From: Acidobacteriota bacterium
GTDB lineage: Bacteria; Acidobacteriota; UBA6911
DNA: 64,000 nucleotides
Reading direction: 5' to 3'
Assembly (NCBI GenBank): GCA_031271905.1
Contig: JAISUT010000020.1
Span: 2,432 to 66,431 of the forward strand
Numbering within the stretch: position 1 is the first letter of the stretch; each line of letters opens with the position of its first letter. This document shows positions 28,433-37,951 of the stretch, piece by piece. Both the position numbers and the translations under genes were made by a program. The notes below the pieces were generated by a model that saw only the letters and a program-made list of their open reading frames with translations, was not told the origin of the DNA and ran no database searches.

Positions 28433-29440
28433 TCACATTCCGAAAAAGCGTCTCACCTTGTCCGAGGCGAGGAGGCGCCGCCCTTGGTCGCGCCCCCGCT
28501 CGAAAGTGCGCAACGCCTCGGCGTTGTCCGTGCACAGGAACCCGGCTTCGACCTTGTGGTCGGGGTGGACGACCAGCAACCGCCCTTCCGCGATGGCGCG
28601 GCCGGTCGCGGGGTGCGTGTTCAGCGACAAGAGCCGGGAGCTGGTCTCCCAGAGGCTTCCCCGAGGGTCGCAGCAGAATACGACCGTCTTGTCGGCGCCC
28701 GCCCATTCGGCGAGCGGCCGGAAGCGCGCATCCTCGGCAAACACCCGCATCGGCATCTTCAGCGCGTAGCCGCCGTCGATGAACACGGCGTTGCGGTCGC
28801 TTTCCAACGGTTCGTCCGCCACGTCCCGCGGCCCGAGCGGCGCGCCCATCGCCACCGGCACCAGGCACGAGGCTTCGATGACGCGGTGGTAGTTCGCGCG
28901 GGTCAGCGGGCGCACATGCTCGGAGCGGAGGTTTTCCGGCAGGTTGAGGGCGAACACGACCGGTTCCTCGACATACCCTCGCGGCAGATACTTCAAAAAT
29001 CCCGGCAGTTTGCGCGTCGCCGACTTGAGGAAGAATCGACGCATGTCCGACGGGGCGATCGCCTTGCCGTCGCGGCGGCGAATGCGGGTGGTGAAGACGA
29101 GCAGCCTCTTTCCGGGGTCGGAGAAGACGCCCGCCAGCTCCTCCGCGCCCATCACGTAGTGGAGGGAGTCCAAGAGCTGCCGGCGGAAGCGGTTTTTCAC
29201 CGCGCTGGAATCCACCGGGGACGAAAGGAGCCCCCAGCGCAACCAGCCCTTCATGACGGTGGCGGCGGTGCCGGTGGCGACGTCGGCGGCGGCGTAGCCT
29301 CCCGCCGAGGCGCCCATCGAGACGGACGGGAAGACGCCGTGCTCGCGGCTCCAACGCATGAACTCGTAGAGCACGCCCCCCTGCCACGCGCCACGCCCCG
29401 CCCCGCCGGAATCCAACACCCAAGAGTAGTTCATCGTCAT
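28433..29440 (-). CDS. Patatin-like phospholipase
   Basis: [20 protein letters not shown] is the GGxR oxyanion motif, GASAGG is the GxSxG nucleophile and FIDGGYA is the catalytic Asp (DGG). The N-terminal 146 aa of the ORF-track ORF are an out-of-frame read-through of rnhA and were discarded. Confidence 0.8.
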   Translation of the reverse strand: MTMNYSWVLDSGGAGRGAWQGGVLYEFMRWSREHGVFPSVSMGASAGGYAAADVATGTAATVMKGWLRWGLLSSPVDSSAVKNRFRRQLLDSLHYVMGAEELAGVFSDPGKRLLVFTTRIRRRDGKAIAPSDMRRFFLKSATRKLPGFLKYLPRGYVEEPVVFALNLPENLRSEHVRPLTRANYHRVIEASCLVPVAMGAPLGPRDVADEPLESDRNAVFIDGGYALKMPMRVFAEDARFRPLAEWAGADKTVVFCCDPRGSLWETSSRLLSLNTHPATGRAIAEGRLLVVHPDHKVEAGFLCTDNAEALRTFERGRDQGRRLLASDKVRRFFGM

Positions 29441-29910
29441 CGGCTGGTTCGTTCGTAGTTCTCGTCGGCAGGGAGGCTTCCCGCCGTCGCCGCCGTGGTC
29501 GCCAGCTCGTCGCACCGTTCGTTCTCCGCGTGTCCGGCATGGCCGCGCACCCACTCGAAGGAGACTTTGTGGATCTCGCAGAGGGCGAGCAACCGCTCCC
29601 AGAGGTCGGGGTTGACCGCCTTCTCCGTCCGGTTGCGCTTCCAACCGTTTGCGCGCCACTTGCGCGCCCAACCCTTCGACATCGCGTTGACCAGGTATTG
29701 GGAATCGCTGTAGACGAGGACTTGGCAGGGTTCCTTCAGGGCTTCGAGCCCGGCGATGGCCGCCAGTATTTCCATGCGGTTGTTGGTGGTTCGGCGAAAT
29801 CCGGCGGAGAGCTCGCGACGGTTCCCGCCGTATTGGAGGATCACGCCGTAGCCGCCCGGGCCGGGGTTGTTCTTGCACGCCCCGTCAGTGAAAACCTTCA
29901 CCTGTTTCAT
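29437..29910 (-). CDS. rnhA: Ribonuclease HI
   Basis: [25 protein letters not shown]...[22 protein letters not shown]...SDSQY...W..NGWK......V.N.DLW..L......[21 protein letters not shown] is collinear with E. coli RNase HI. An alternative upstream ATG at 29958 is possible. Confidence 0.9.
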   Translation of the reverse strand: MKQVKVFTDGACKNNPGPGGYGVILQYGGNRRELSAGFRRTTNNRMEILAAIAGLEALKEPCQVLVYSDSQYLVNAMSKGWARKWRANGWKRNRTEKAVNPDLWERLLALCEIHKVSFEWVRGHAGHAENERCDELATTAATAGSLPADENYERTSR

Positions 29911-29983
29911 GTGCGCCTGCTCTATGACACCCACTGCGGGACAATATCGCTTCTCCATGTTTTCCTTGCGCGCAGGGGCTGTC

Positions 29984-30020
29984 AAAAAAAGGGGGGCGGC
30001 CCCAACGAGCCCGCCCCCGG
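29984..30020 (-). terminator. Intrinsic terminator downstream of the sdh/frd iron-sulfur subunit gene
   Basis: The minus strand reads GGGGGCGGGCTCGTTGGGGCCGCCCCCC followed by TTTTTTT. This is a GC-rich stem followed by a U7 tract, about 40 nt after the stop at 30059. Confidence 0.65.
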
Positions 30021-30058
30021 CCACTGCCAACCGACACCCGCCAACCGACGGATGAAAG

Positions 30059-30889
30059 CTACTTCCCGACGGTGGGTTCGGGAGCCTTGGGGATGTTTGC
30101 CCGCGGCTGCCAGTTCTGCACCGGCGGGGTGACGCCGCTCGCCTTTTTCGGCTTGCGCGCCCCGAGCGTCTTCAAGAAGGCGTCCTGCTTGGCCAATTGG
30201 ATGGCCAGACCCGGATCGACCCCCTTGGGGCAGACCTGCGAACAAGCCCCGGCGAAGTGGCAACGATAGACGCCGTGGCTGGAATAGAGCGCCTCACCAT
30301 GCTCCCCGCATCCTTCGTCACGGGAGTCCGCCAGATAGCGCCAGCCTTGGGTCAACGCCTGCGGCCCCACGTAGTCTTTGCTCGTCGCCACCGTCGGGCA
30401 GGCGGCCAGGCACAGGCCGCACTTGATGCAGTAGGCGAACTGGATGTAGTTGACCAGCTCCTCCTCGGACTGGAAATACTCGGAGGTGGGCCGGTTCTGC
30501 TCCACCTGATCCTTGCGGATGAGGTAGGGCTTGACCGAGCGGTGCTTGTCGAACAGCTTCTCGAGATCCGGCACCAGGTCGCGGATGATGTCATAGTTCG
30601 GCAACGGCTTGATGACCACGCGATCCGAGTGCAGGTGCGAGATCTGGTTCGTGCACGCCAGGCGCGGCAACCCGTTGATGAACATCCCGCAGGAGCCGCA
30701 GATGCCCATCCGGCAGGAAGAGCGCCAGGACAGGGTGCGGTCTTTGTTCTCCTTTATCCAGTGCAGGCCGTCGAGCACGGTCATGCCCTTGGTCACCGGG
30801 ACGGTGAACTCCTGCAGGTGCGGCGCCTCCCCCCGCTCGGGGTCGTAGCGCAAGACTTCGAATACGACTGTTTTGCTGGAATCACTCAT
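30059..30889 (-). CDS. sdhB: Succinate dehydrogenase/fumarate reductase iron-sulfur subunit
   Basis: FEVLRYDPE... is followed by [14 protein letters not shown] (2Fe-2S), [12 protein letters not shown] (4Fe-4S) and [14 protein letters not shown] (3Fe-4S). It carries a roughly 40-aa basic C-terminal tail. Confidence 0.9.
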   Translation of the reverse strand: MSDSSKTVVFEVLRYDPERGEAPHLQEFTVPVTKGMTVLDGLHWIKENKDRTLSWRSSCRMGICGSCGMFINGLPRLACTNQISHLHSDRVVIKPLPNYDIIRDLVPDLEKLFDKHRSVKPYLIRKDQVEQNRPTSEYFQSEEELVNYIQFAYCIKCGLCLAACPTVATSKDYVGPQALTQGWRYLADSRDEGCGEHGEALYSSHGVYRCHFAGACSQVCPKGVDPGLAIQLAKQDAFLKTLGARKPKKASGVTPPVQNWQPRANIPKAPEPTVGK

Positions 30890-30891
30890 GA

Positions 30892-31257
30892 CTATGCTCC
30901 CTTCGTTAGCTGCACGGCGACGTAGCTTCCATAGATGAACAGGGCGATCCCGGCAACGCACAAGACCCTGCCGACCGTCTTTTCCAAGGCTTTCGGGAAG
31001 GACAACTCATAGATGATGCTGCGGAGCCCGTACAAGCCGTGAAACAGCGCGGTTCCGAGCAGGACGATGTAGACGGCCATGAACAACACCTGTTTGCTGC
31101 GCGCGAACACCTCCTCGACGTTCGTAGGCTCCGTCGAGCCGATGCCGAACACTTGCAGGATGCGCCCCATGTGCATGATCCCCATGTGAGAGCCGAGCAG
31201 GAACAGGATGACCACAGCCGTGATGACGTGTAAAAACCACAATTTTGATTCGCGCAT
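30892..31257 (-). CDS. Succinate dehydrogenase/fumarate reductase membrane anchor subunit (SdhD-like)
   Basis: The protein is 121 aa with three hydrophobic helices and a His-containing motif, LFHGLYGLRSIIYE, like Sdh cytochrome-b-family subunits. It lies between sdhC-like and sdhB. Confidence 0.6.
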   Translation of the reverse strand: MRESKLWFLHVITAVVILFLLGSHMGIMHMGRILQVFGIGSTEPTNVEEVFARSKQVLFMAVYIVLLGTALFHGLYGLRSIIYELSFPKALEKTVGRVLCVAGIALFIYGSYVAVQLTKGA

Positions 31258-31267
31258 GATCCCCCTC

Positions 31268-31735
31268 CTATTCGACGAACCACAGATGGTGGACGAAATC
31301 CGCACCGGCGACGCCCACGAGAAGCGCCACGACGCACAGGGCGCCTACCAGCACGGGCCGCTGCCGCAAGGTGGAATAGCTGTAGGGATAGGCGGGAAGC
31401 CCCGGCTTTCCGACCAGCAAGCCCAGCTCCACGAAGATGAGCCGGATGCCGTTGATGGCGTGGAAGATGAACGCCAGGAACACGAGGAACTCCCCGATCA
31501 CGAAGACGGGGAGCCCGCAGATGACGGTGTTTTGGAAAAACTCCATCGCTTGCGTCCACTTGTCCGGGCCGTCCGCCCCGAGCCGCCGCCCGGTGACGAA
31601 GATGTGCATCAGGAAGTAGCACAGGATGCCCAGGCCCGTGAGCCGGTGCAGGGCGTAGGCGTAGCGGTCAGCCCCATAACGCCCCCCGCAGACCCAGCCG
31701 ATGATTCCAAGGTTGTTTTTGCGTTTCTGTTGCAT
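31268..31735 (-). CDS. Succinate dehydrogenase/fumarate reductase cytochrome b subunit (SdhC-like)
   Basis: The protein is 155 aa. It has ALHRLTGLGILCYFLMH and FHAINGIRLIFVE (heme-ligand His plus the GIR motif) and three TM helices. Confidence 0.65.
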   Translation of the reverse strand: MQQKRKNNLGIIGWVCGGRYGADRYAYALHRLTGLGILCYFLMHIFVTGRRLGADGPDKWTQAMEFFQNTVICGLPVFVIGEFLVFLAFIFHAINGIRLIFVELGLLVGKPGLPAYPYSYSTLRQRPVLVGALCVVALLVGVAGADFVHHLWFVE

Positions 31736-31749
31736 AGCTGCTCCTGTCC

Positions 31750-33468
31750 TTAATATTTCCGTTCAACAGGCTTCCAGGTGGTGACGGTGACCGGTTTGTA
31801 GTCCAGTCGCGGCCCGTCGTCGGTGCGGAACGCCAGCGTGTGCCTCTGCCACTTGTCGTCGTCGCGTTTCGGGAAATCCCTCCGGGCGTGTCCGCCGCGC
31901 GATTCCTCGCGGGTGACCGCGCCCAGCACCATGGCCTCCGCCAGATCCAGCAGGTTGTCGGTCTCCAGCGCATGGTACAGGTTGGTGTTGTAGACGGAGT
32001 TCTTGTCGTCGATGCAGATGTTGGCGAAGCGCTTGCGCAACGACTTCACCTTCTCCAAGCCCTTGGACAGTTGCTCGCCGGTGCGGAATACGCCCACGTG
32101 GTCGTCCATGCAGGTGCGCAACTCGCGGCGGATCTCGTAGAGGTTCTCCTCGCCTTTCTTGCCCATCAGGTCTTCGAAGATGCGCTTGTGCTCGGCGTCG
32201 ACCTTGCCCTCGGGGATCTCCGCCGCCGCGCCGGTCTCTTTGCAATACTGGCCCGCTTTCTCGCCCGTGATCTTGCCCCAGACCAGGCACTCCGCCGTGG
32301 AGTTGGAGCCGAGGCGGTTCGCGCCGTGCAGGCTGGAGCAACCGGCCTCGCCGGCGGCCCAGATGCCGTCGATGCGCGTCTTGCCGTCGATGTCGGTCTC
32401 GATGCCGCCCATGGAGTAGTGCGCCACCGGCCGGCAGGGGATGGGCTCCTTGATCGGATCCAGGTCGTTGAACTCGATGCAGACCTCGCGGATGAGCGGG
32501 AGCTGCTCGTTGATCTTCTTCGCGCCCAGGTGCCGCAGGTCGAGGTGGACGTAATCAAGGCCGTTCGGCCCCTCGAAGCCGCGCCCCTCCTCGATTTCGA
32601 TCATCTCGGAGCGGGAGACCAGGTCGCGCGGCGCAAGCTCGCCCTTGGAGGGGGCGTACTTGTGCATGAAGCGCTCGCCCTTGTTGTTGATCAGGTAGCC
32701 GCCCTCGCCGCGGCACGCCTCGGTGATGAGGATGCCGGAGGGGACCAGCCCCGTCGGGTGGAATTGCAAGAATTCCATGTCCTCGAGCGGGATGCCGGCG
32801 CGGTACGCCAGCGCCATGCCGTCGCCCGTGACCGTCTGGGAATAGGTGGTGAAGCCGAAGAGCGTGCCCGCGCCGCCGGCGGCGATGATGAGCGCCTTGC
32901 CGCGGATGACCTTGAACTTGCCGGTGGTCATGTCGATGGCGCAAAGGCCGCAGAAGCGGTTGCCCTCGGTCAGGATGGTCGTGATGTAATGTTCGTTGTA
33001 ATGCTTGACCTTCTGATGGCGGTTCACGTTGTCATACAGGGTCTGCATCTCGAAAAACCCGGTCTTGTCCTGCGCCAGCACGGCGCGGGGGTAGCTGTGG
33101 CCGCCGAAGGGCCGCTGGGCGATGTGCCCGTCCGGCCGGCGCGTCCATGGGATGCCCCAGTGCTCGAGCTGCATGATCTCGCCGGGCATGGCGCGCACGA
33201 AGCGGTCCACGACGTCTTGGTCGGCGAGGAAGTCGCTGCCGTAGACGGTGTCCCAGGCGTGCAGTTCGAAGCTGTCGCCGTCCTCCGGACGAAGCATGGC
33301 GGCGGTTCCGCCCTCTGCGGCGACCGAGTGGGCGCGCATCAACTGGTTCTTGGAAATCAAGGCGATGTCCAGGTCGCCCTGTGTGACCCTCGAAGCTTCG
33401 ATGGCGGCGCGCAGTCCTGCCAGGCCCGCCCCGAAGATGATGAGGTCATGAGTGAAAACATCGGCCAT
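31750..33468 (-). CDS. sdhA: Succinate dehydrogenase/fumarate reductase flavoprotein subunit
   Basis: HDLIIFGAGLAGLRAA is the FAD Rossmann motif. It also has RAHSVAAEGG (covalent-FAD His region), FHPTG, CRGEGG, HYSMGGI, SLHGANRLGSNS and ESRGGHAR. The start is chosen at MADVF (33468), preceded by GGAGGAGG. Confidence 0.95.
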   Translation of the reverse strand: MADVFTHDLIIFGAGLAGLRAAIEASRVTQGDLDIALISKNQLMRAHSVAAEGGTAAMLRPEDGDSFELHAWDTVYGSDFLADQDVVDRFVRAMPGEIMQLEHWGIPWTRRPDGHIAQRPFGGHSYPRAVLAQDKTGFFEMQTLYDNVNRHQKVKHYNEHYITTILTEGNRFCGLCAIDMTTGKFKVIRGKALIIAAGGAGTLFGFTTYSQTVTGDGMALAYRAGIPLEDMEFLQFHPTGLVPSGILITEACRGEGGYLINNKGERFMHKYAPSKGELAPRDLVSRSEMIEIEEGRGFEGPNGLDYVHLDLRHLGAKKINEQLPLIREVCIEFNDLDPIKEPIPCRPVAHYSMGGIETDIDGKTRIDGIWAAGEAGCSSLHGANRLGSNSTAECLVWGKITGEKAGQYCKETGAAAEIPEGKVDAEHKRIFEDLMGKKGEENLYEIRRELRTCMDDHVGVFRTGEQLSKGLEKVKSLRKRFANICIDDKNSVYNTNLYHALETDNLLDLAEAMVLGAVTREESRGGHARRDFPKRDDDKWQRHTLAFRTDDGPRLDYKPVTVTTWKPVERKY

Positions 33469-33832
33469 GCGACGCCTCCTCCTCTCAATGGAAAAAGTTA
33501 AAACCACGGCGGCGGCTTCCGCCGTCGATCAAAAAACCTTGTGTAGAAAACGTTTAGATTTCGCTTGTTTCGCTTCTATATTGGATTCCCGGCAAACGGC
33601 CGCTACCGGCCTGAAGGTTTCGTCTCCACAAAACGGTATAAGTTAGCACAGCCTCCACCCGGCATCAAACCCTGATTCGTCCGATTGCGGGCCGATTGCG
33701 GGAAGGCGCGCCCGCCCCCCCGCCTGGAGTTTTTACGAAAAGACGCGATTCATCCGTAGATGCGGGGATCCCGTTGGTCTATAATGTCCAGTTTTTTCAA
33801 AAACCGCTTTGCATATCGAGGGGAAGCAGAAC

Positions 33833-34744
33833 ATGGCTGAAAAGACTCAGACTGACAATGAAGCGCTGTTGAAATCCGATGCCAAAGTCCCGGCGACGCC
33901 CGCGCCCGCGCCGGTCACCGTAGACGACAAGGCGCCCGCCGCCATCGCGCAAGGGTTCGCCGGCGCGGTCAGCGTCGCCAAGACGACCATGCCCATCTCC
34001 GCAGTCGCCGTCCTGGGGATCATGGCGGGGGCGTACATCGGCTTCGGCGGGTTGCTGTCCACAACCGTCTCCTTCGACGCGGCGGCGAAGATCGGCACGG
34101 GGCTGGCGAGCTTGGTCAAGGGCGCCGTGTTCAGCGTCGGGCTGATGCTGGTGGTCATCGCGGGCGCGGAACTTTTCACTGGGAACAACCTGATGGTCAC
34201 CGGCGTCCTCACCAAGAAGATATCCGTCGGCTCGATGCTCCACCGATGGATCGTGGTGTTCGTCGCCAACTTCGCGGGCTCCCTGCTGCTGGCGGCGCTC
34301 CTGTACTACTCCGGCCTGTGGAAGACCGGAGACAACGGCCTTGGCGTCGCCGCCATCAAAGTCGCAGCCGCAAAAGTCGCGTTGCCTTTCGGCGAGGCGC
34401 TGTGGCGCGCCATCGGTTGCAACTGGCTGGTCTGCCTCGCCGTCTGGATGGCGGCGTCCGCCCGGCAGAACGTCGGCAAGATCTTCGCCATCTTCTTCCC
34501 CATCATGGCGTTCGTCACCATGGGATTCGAGCACTGCGTCGCCAACATGTACTTCATCCCCGCAGGCATATTCCTGAGCGGCGTCCCCGCGCTCGCAGAG
34601 GCGGCGGGCGTCGCCCCGGGGGCGATCACCTGGGGCGGCTTTCTGGCGAACAACCTGCTGCCGGTGACCATCGGGAACATCATCGGCGGCATGGTCTTCG
34701 TCGGCATGGGATACTGGTTCGCCTACCTGCGTCCCGCCAAGTAA
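33833..34744 (+). CDS. Formate/nitrite transporter family channel (FocA/NirC-like)
   Basis: It has six TM segments. ELFTGNNL and GFEHCVANMYFIP are the two FNT signature loops. The ATG at 33833 is preceded by GAGGGGAAG. Confidence 0.85.
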   Translation: MAEKTQTDNEALLKSDAKVPATPAPAPVTVDDKAPAAIAQGFAGAVSVAKTTMPISAVAVLGIMAGAYIGFGGLLSTTVSFDAAAKIGTGLASLVKGAVFSVGLMLVVIAGAELFTGNNLMVTGVLTKKISVGSMLHRWIVVFVANFAGSLLLAALLYYSGLWKTGDNGLGVAAIKVAAAKVALPFGEALWRAIGCNWLVCLAVWMAASARQNVGKIFAIFFPIMAFVTMGFEHCVANMYFIPAGIFLSGVPALAEAAGVAPGAITWGGFLANNLLPVTIGNIIGGMVFVGMGYWFAYLRPAK

Positions 34745-34881
34745 GAGGATGCGAGGGTGTGCCCGCGTCATGACGGCGCGGGCGCGGGGGAGGGGCGCAC
34801 CCATGGCCTCCGTCCGAAGGCGCCAAAAACGCGAAAATTAATATATCCCGTTTCGCGTTCCTGTCGATAATAAAGACGACT

Positions 34882-36042
34882 ATGGCGACTGATATGGCGA
34901 CTGAAACGATACAACCGAACCAGCAGAACGTCCGGCCGAAGCTCAACGCCTTCGACCGGTTTAACATCGTGCTGAAGGCGATGGTGCAGCAGGGGGCGAG
35001 CGACCTGCACGTCTCCGTGGGGAGCGGCTTCCGGACCCGCATCCGGGGGAAGTTGGCGCCTGCGACGGACACCGACCCCTTGGCGCCCAGCGAGATCGCG
35101 ACCATCGTCGGCGGCATCCTGCTCGCGGGGCACAAATGCACGCGCGAAACCCTGATGCCGTTCATCGAGAACCTGACCGACTTCGACTGCTCCTATTCGG
35201 TGGCGGGCTTGGGGCGTTTCCGGGTCAACATCGCCAGCCAGAGGCGTTCGCTGTCGCTGGTGCTGCGGCACATCCCCTACGTGCTCCCCACCATCGAGGG
35301 GCTGGGGCTCCCGCCGGTGATCAGCACGATCTCGATGGAGGAGCGCGGCCTGGTGCTGGTGACCGGGATCACAGGCAGCGGCAAGTCCACGACCCTGGCG
35401 TCGATGATCAACCTGATCAACCAGAAGAAGAACTGCAAGATCATCACCATCGAGGACCCGATCGAATTCCTCTATCGCGACGCCCAATGCAGCATCATCC
35501 AGCGCGAATGCGGCTCGGACACGGAGAACTTCGCCAAGGCGCTGCGCGCCGCCCTGCGTCAAGACCCGGACATCATCCTCGTCGGCGAGATGCGCGACAA
35601 GGAGACCATCGACATCGCGATCAAGGCGGCGGAGACCGGCCACCTGGTGCTGTCCACAGTCCACACCACGGACGCGCCCAAGACGATTTCGCGCATCCTG
35701 AGCAACTTCGACCCGTCGGAACAGGCGTCGGTGCGCCTGCGCCTTTCCGAGACGTTGCTGGCGGTCATCTCCCAGCGCCTGATCGAACGGGCGGACAACC
35801 AAGGTCGCGTGGTGGCATGCGAGATCATGCGCCGCACCAAGACCATCCAAGAATGCATCGAAGAACCTGATAAAATCCACCAGATCAAGGAGTACATCGA
35901 GAAGGGGCGGGAGATGTACCAGATGCAGACGTTCGACCAGCACCTGACCGACCTGTACCAGTCGGGCACGGTCACGCTGGAGACGGCGAAGGCGGCGGCC
36001 ACGTCGCCCTCCGACTTCGAGCGCAACCTGAACTTCCAATAA
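34882..36042 (+). CDS. pilT: Type IV pilus retraction ATPase PilT family
   Basis: ASDLHVSVG, GLVLVTGITGSGKSTT (Walker A), IITIEDPIEF, ALRAALRQDPDIILVGEMRD (Asp box/Walker B) and ETGHLVLSTVHT (His box). No other pilus genes are in the window. Confidence 0.9.
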   Translation: MATDMATETIQPNQQNVRPKLNAFDRFNIVLKAMVQQGASDLHVSVGSGFRTRIRGKLAPATDTDPLAPSEIATIVGGILLAGHKCTRETLMPFIENLTDFDCSYSVAGLGRFRVNIASQRRSLSLVLRHIPYVLPTIEGLGLPPVISTISMEERGLVLVTGITGSGKSTTLASMINLINQKKNCKIITIEDPIEFLYRDAQCSIIQRECGSDTENFAKALRAALRQDPDIILVGEMRDKETIDIAIKAAETGHLVLSTVHTTDAPKTISRILSNFDPSEQASVRLRLSETLLAVISQRLIERADNQGRVVACEIMRRTKTIQECIEEPDKIHQIKEYIEKGREMYQMQTFDQHLTDLYQSGTVTLETAKAAATSPSDFERNLNFQ

Positions 36043-36079
36043 GGCGCCGCGCCTGCGGTTTACGGAAACGATTCGAGAA

Positions 36080-36108
36080 GCCTCGGCGCCGTCGGCACCG
36101 GGGCTTTT
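36080..36108 (+). terminator. Possible intrinsic terminator after pilT
   Basis: GCCTCGG-11 nt-CCGGGGC (7-bp stem with one G-U pair) followed by TTTT. Confidence 0.35.
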
Positions 36109-36113
36109 CCCTT

Positions 36114-36857
36114 TCATACGGCGTTCCCCGCCGTGAAGCTCGCGAACCCCCGGATGATGGCGGCGGCGACCGGGGTTTCCCGCACCGCGTCCCCGAGCGC
36201 GCGTTTCCGCTCCTCCGACGCCGCCGACTCGACCTCGATGTAGGCGCGCATGACGGCTTCGTCATATTCGGGATGGAACTGCACCCCCCAGGCGCAACGC
36301 CCCATCCGGAAGGCGTGGGTCGGCTCGAAGCGGTTGGCCGCCAGCCGGACGGCGCCGGGCGGGAGCCGCGTCACCGTCTGCGAATGCGCCACATGGACTG
36401 GGAACACGCGCGGCTTGCCGCCGAACAATGGGTCGTCTGCGGCTTCGGGGGCGAGCCCGACCTCGACCGTCCCGATCTCATCCCCGCCGGGATGGTAAGC
36501 CACCTCGCCCCCCAGCGCCCGCGCCAGCAACTGGTGGCCGTAGCAGACGCCGAGGACGGGGACGCGGCGCTCCACCAGCGCGGGCAGCCACCTTTCCACC
36601 CGCAGGCTCCATGGGAGGTTTTCGGTCACCATCGCGTGCGAGCCGGTGACGACGACCCCGGCGCATTCCTCGACCGGAGGCAACTCCCCGCCGCGTTCCA
36701 CGTCAACCACCGCCGTGGCCAAGGGCAGGTCGTCGGAGCCCATGGCCCGCCGCGTCCAGTCGTCGAAGTCGCCGTGACGGCGCAGGATGGACGGATAGGT
36801 AGTCCCCGCCTTCAGGATGAACATCTTCTTCGCGTTCGCGCCCCCGTCAGCAGACAT
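36114..36857 (-). CDS. Class I glutamine amidotransferase-like protein (GATase1, GuaA-N-like)
   Basis: VPVLGVCYGHQLLA contains the nucleophile Cys, and ...VQFHPE... contains the catalytic His/Glu. Confidence 0.8.
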   Translation of the reverse strand: MSADGGANAKKMFILKAGTTYPSILRRHGDFDDWTRRAMGSDDLPLATAVVDVERGGELPPVEECAGVVVTGSHAMVTENLPWSLRVERWLPALVERRVPVLGVCYGHQLLARALGGEVAYHPGGDEIGTVEVGLAPEAADDPLFGGKPRVFPVHVAHSQTVTRLPPGAVRLAANRFEPTHAFRMGRCAWGVQFHPEYDEAVMRAYIEVESAASEERKRALGDAVRETPVAAAIIRGFASFTAGNAV

Positions 36858-36890
36858 GGCAAAACCCGTTTAATCCGATGGAAGACGAAT

Positions 36891-37940
36891 TCAACCGGCG
36901 CCTCCCCCTTCGCGCAGGGATTCCAGCAGGGCGTCTAGGTCGGACTCCACATCCTCGAACGGGCGCCGCCTCAGGCGGTGCGGCAGGGCGAGGCGGGCGG
37001 CGCGGTAGACGTCCTCGACGGCGACCTCGCCGCCTCCCCGCAGGGCGGCGATGGTGACCGCCGTCTTGAGTGTCGCGATGTCGGCGCGGTGTCCGTCCAC
37101 CTCCAGCTTGATGCAGCACCGGGCGACGAGTTCGACGACCTCTCGCGAGTAGCGCACGTCCTTCAGGACGCGGCGGGCGTTGACGACCCGCTCCCGCAAC
37201 GCCCGTTGCGCGTCGGCGTACTTCGCGAAGAAGGCGTCCGGGGCGTTCTCGAACAACATGCGGTTTTCGACCACCTCGGCGCGCGCCGCCGCGTCCCTCT
37301 CCCCCAGCACGTTCACCGAAAGGCCGAAGCGGTCGAGCAGCTGCGGGCGCAGGTCGCCCTCCTCCGGGTTCATCGTCCCGACCAGGATGAACCGCGCCGG
37401 GTGGGAGTAGGAGACACCCTCGCGTTCCACCGTGTTAACCCCCATCGCCGCCGAATCGAGGATGAGATCGACCAAGTGGTCTTCCAAGAGGTTCACCTCG
37501 TCCACGTACAGGATGTTCCGGTTGGCGCGCGCCAGGAGGCCCGTCTCGAAACGCTTCTCCCCGGTCTTGATGGCGTGTTCCATGTCCAGGGCCCCCACCA
37601 CGCGGTCCTCGGTGGCGGCGACCGGCAAGTCCACGACCGTCATCCGGCGCGTGACGCGCGGCAGCGCCCCGTCTTTCTCCAAGCGTGCGCGGCACTCGTC
37701 GCACATCCACGGGATGTCGCACGGATCGCAACTGAAGCGGCAGCCTGCGACCTCTTCACGCTCCGGCAGGAGATCGGCCAGCGCGCGCACCGCCGTGGAC
37801 TTGGCAGTCCCCTTCTCGCCCCGGATCAGCACCCCGCCCAGCGCGGGGTTCACGGCGTTCAGCACCAGCGCCAGCTTCATGTCGTCCTGCCCGACGATCG
37901 CGGTGAAACAGTAGGATGCAGCTTTTTCCGTCATTTCCAT
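36891..37940 (-). CDS. Mg-chelatase subunit I (ChlI/BchI)-like AAA+ ATPase
   Basis: FTAIVGQDDMKLALVLNAVNP..GGVLIRGEKGTAKST (Walker A), ILYVDEVNLL (Walker B), REG.S..HPARFILVGTMNPEEG.LRPQLLDRF and a Cys-rich insert CRFSCDPC...CDEC. No ChlD or ChlH partner is in the window. Confidence 0.85.
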   Translation of the reverse strand: MEMTEKAASYCFTAIVGQDDMKLALVLNAVNPALGGVLIRGEKGTAKSTAVRALADLLPEREEVAGCRFSCDPCDIPWMCDECRARLEKDGALPRVTRRMTVVDLPVAATEDRVVGALDMEHAIKTGEKRFETGLLARANRNILYVDEVNLLEDHLVDLILDSAAMGVNTVEREGVSYSHPARFILVGTMNPEEGDLRPQLLDRFGLSVNVLGERDAAARAEVVENRMLFENAPDAFFAKYADAQRALRERVVNARRVLKDVRYSREVVELVARCCIKLEVDGHRADIATLKTAVTIAALRGGGEVAVEDVYRAARLALPHRLRRRPFEDVESDLDALLESLREGGGAG

Positions 37941-37951
37941 GATTTCTTTTT

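Noticed and set aside
28433-29878. A 481-aa ORF suggesting a large fusion protein, with an Arg/Pro-rich N-terminus followed by patatin.
   Set aside because: The first 146 codons are an alternative frame of rnhA with a compositionally junk translation. The patatin homology starts at MTMNYSW (ATG 29440), which overlaps the rnhA stop. The same logic was applied to N-terminal over-extensions of ORFs at 87, 2228, 4538, 13898, 20294, 26195, 30961, 33507, 38625, 41542, 48904, 54569, 54731 and 57018.
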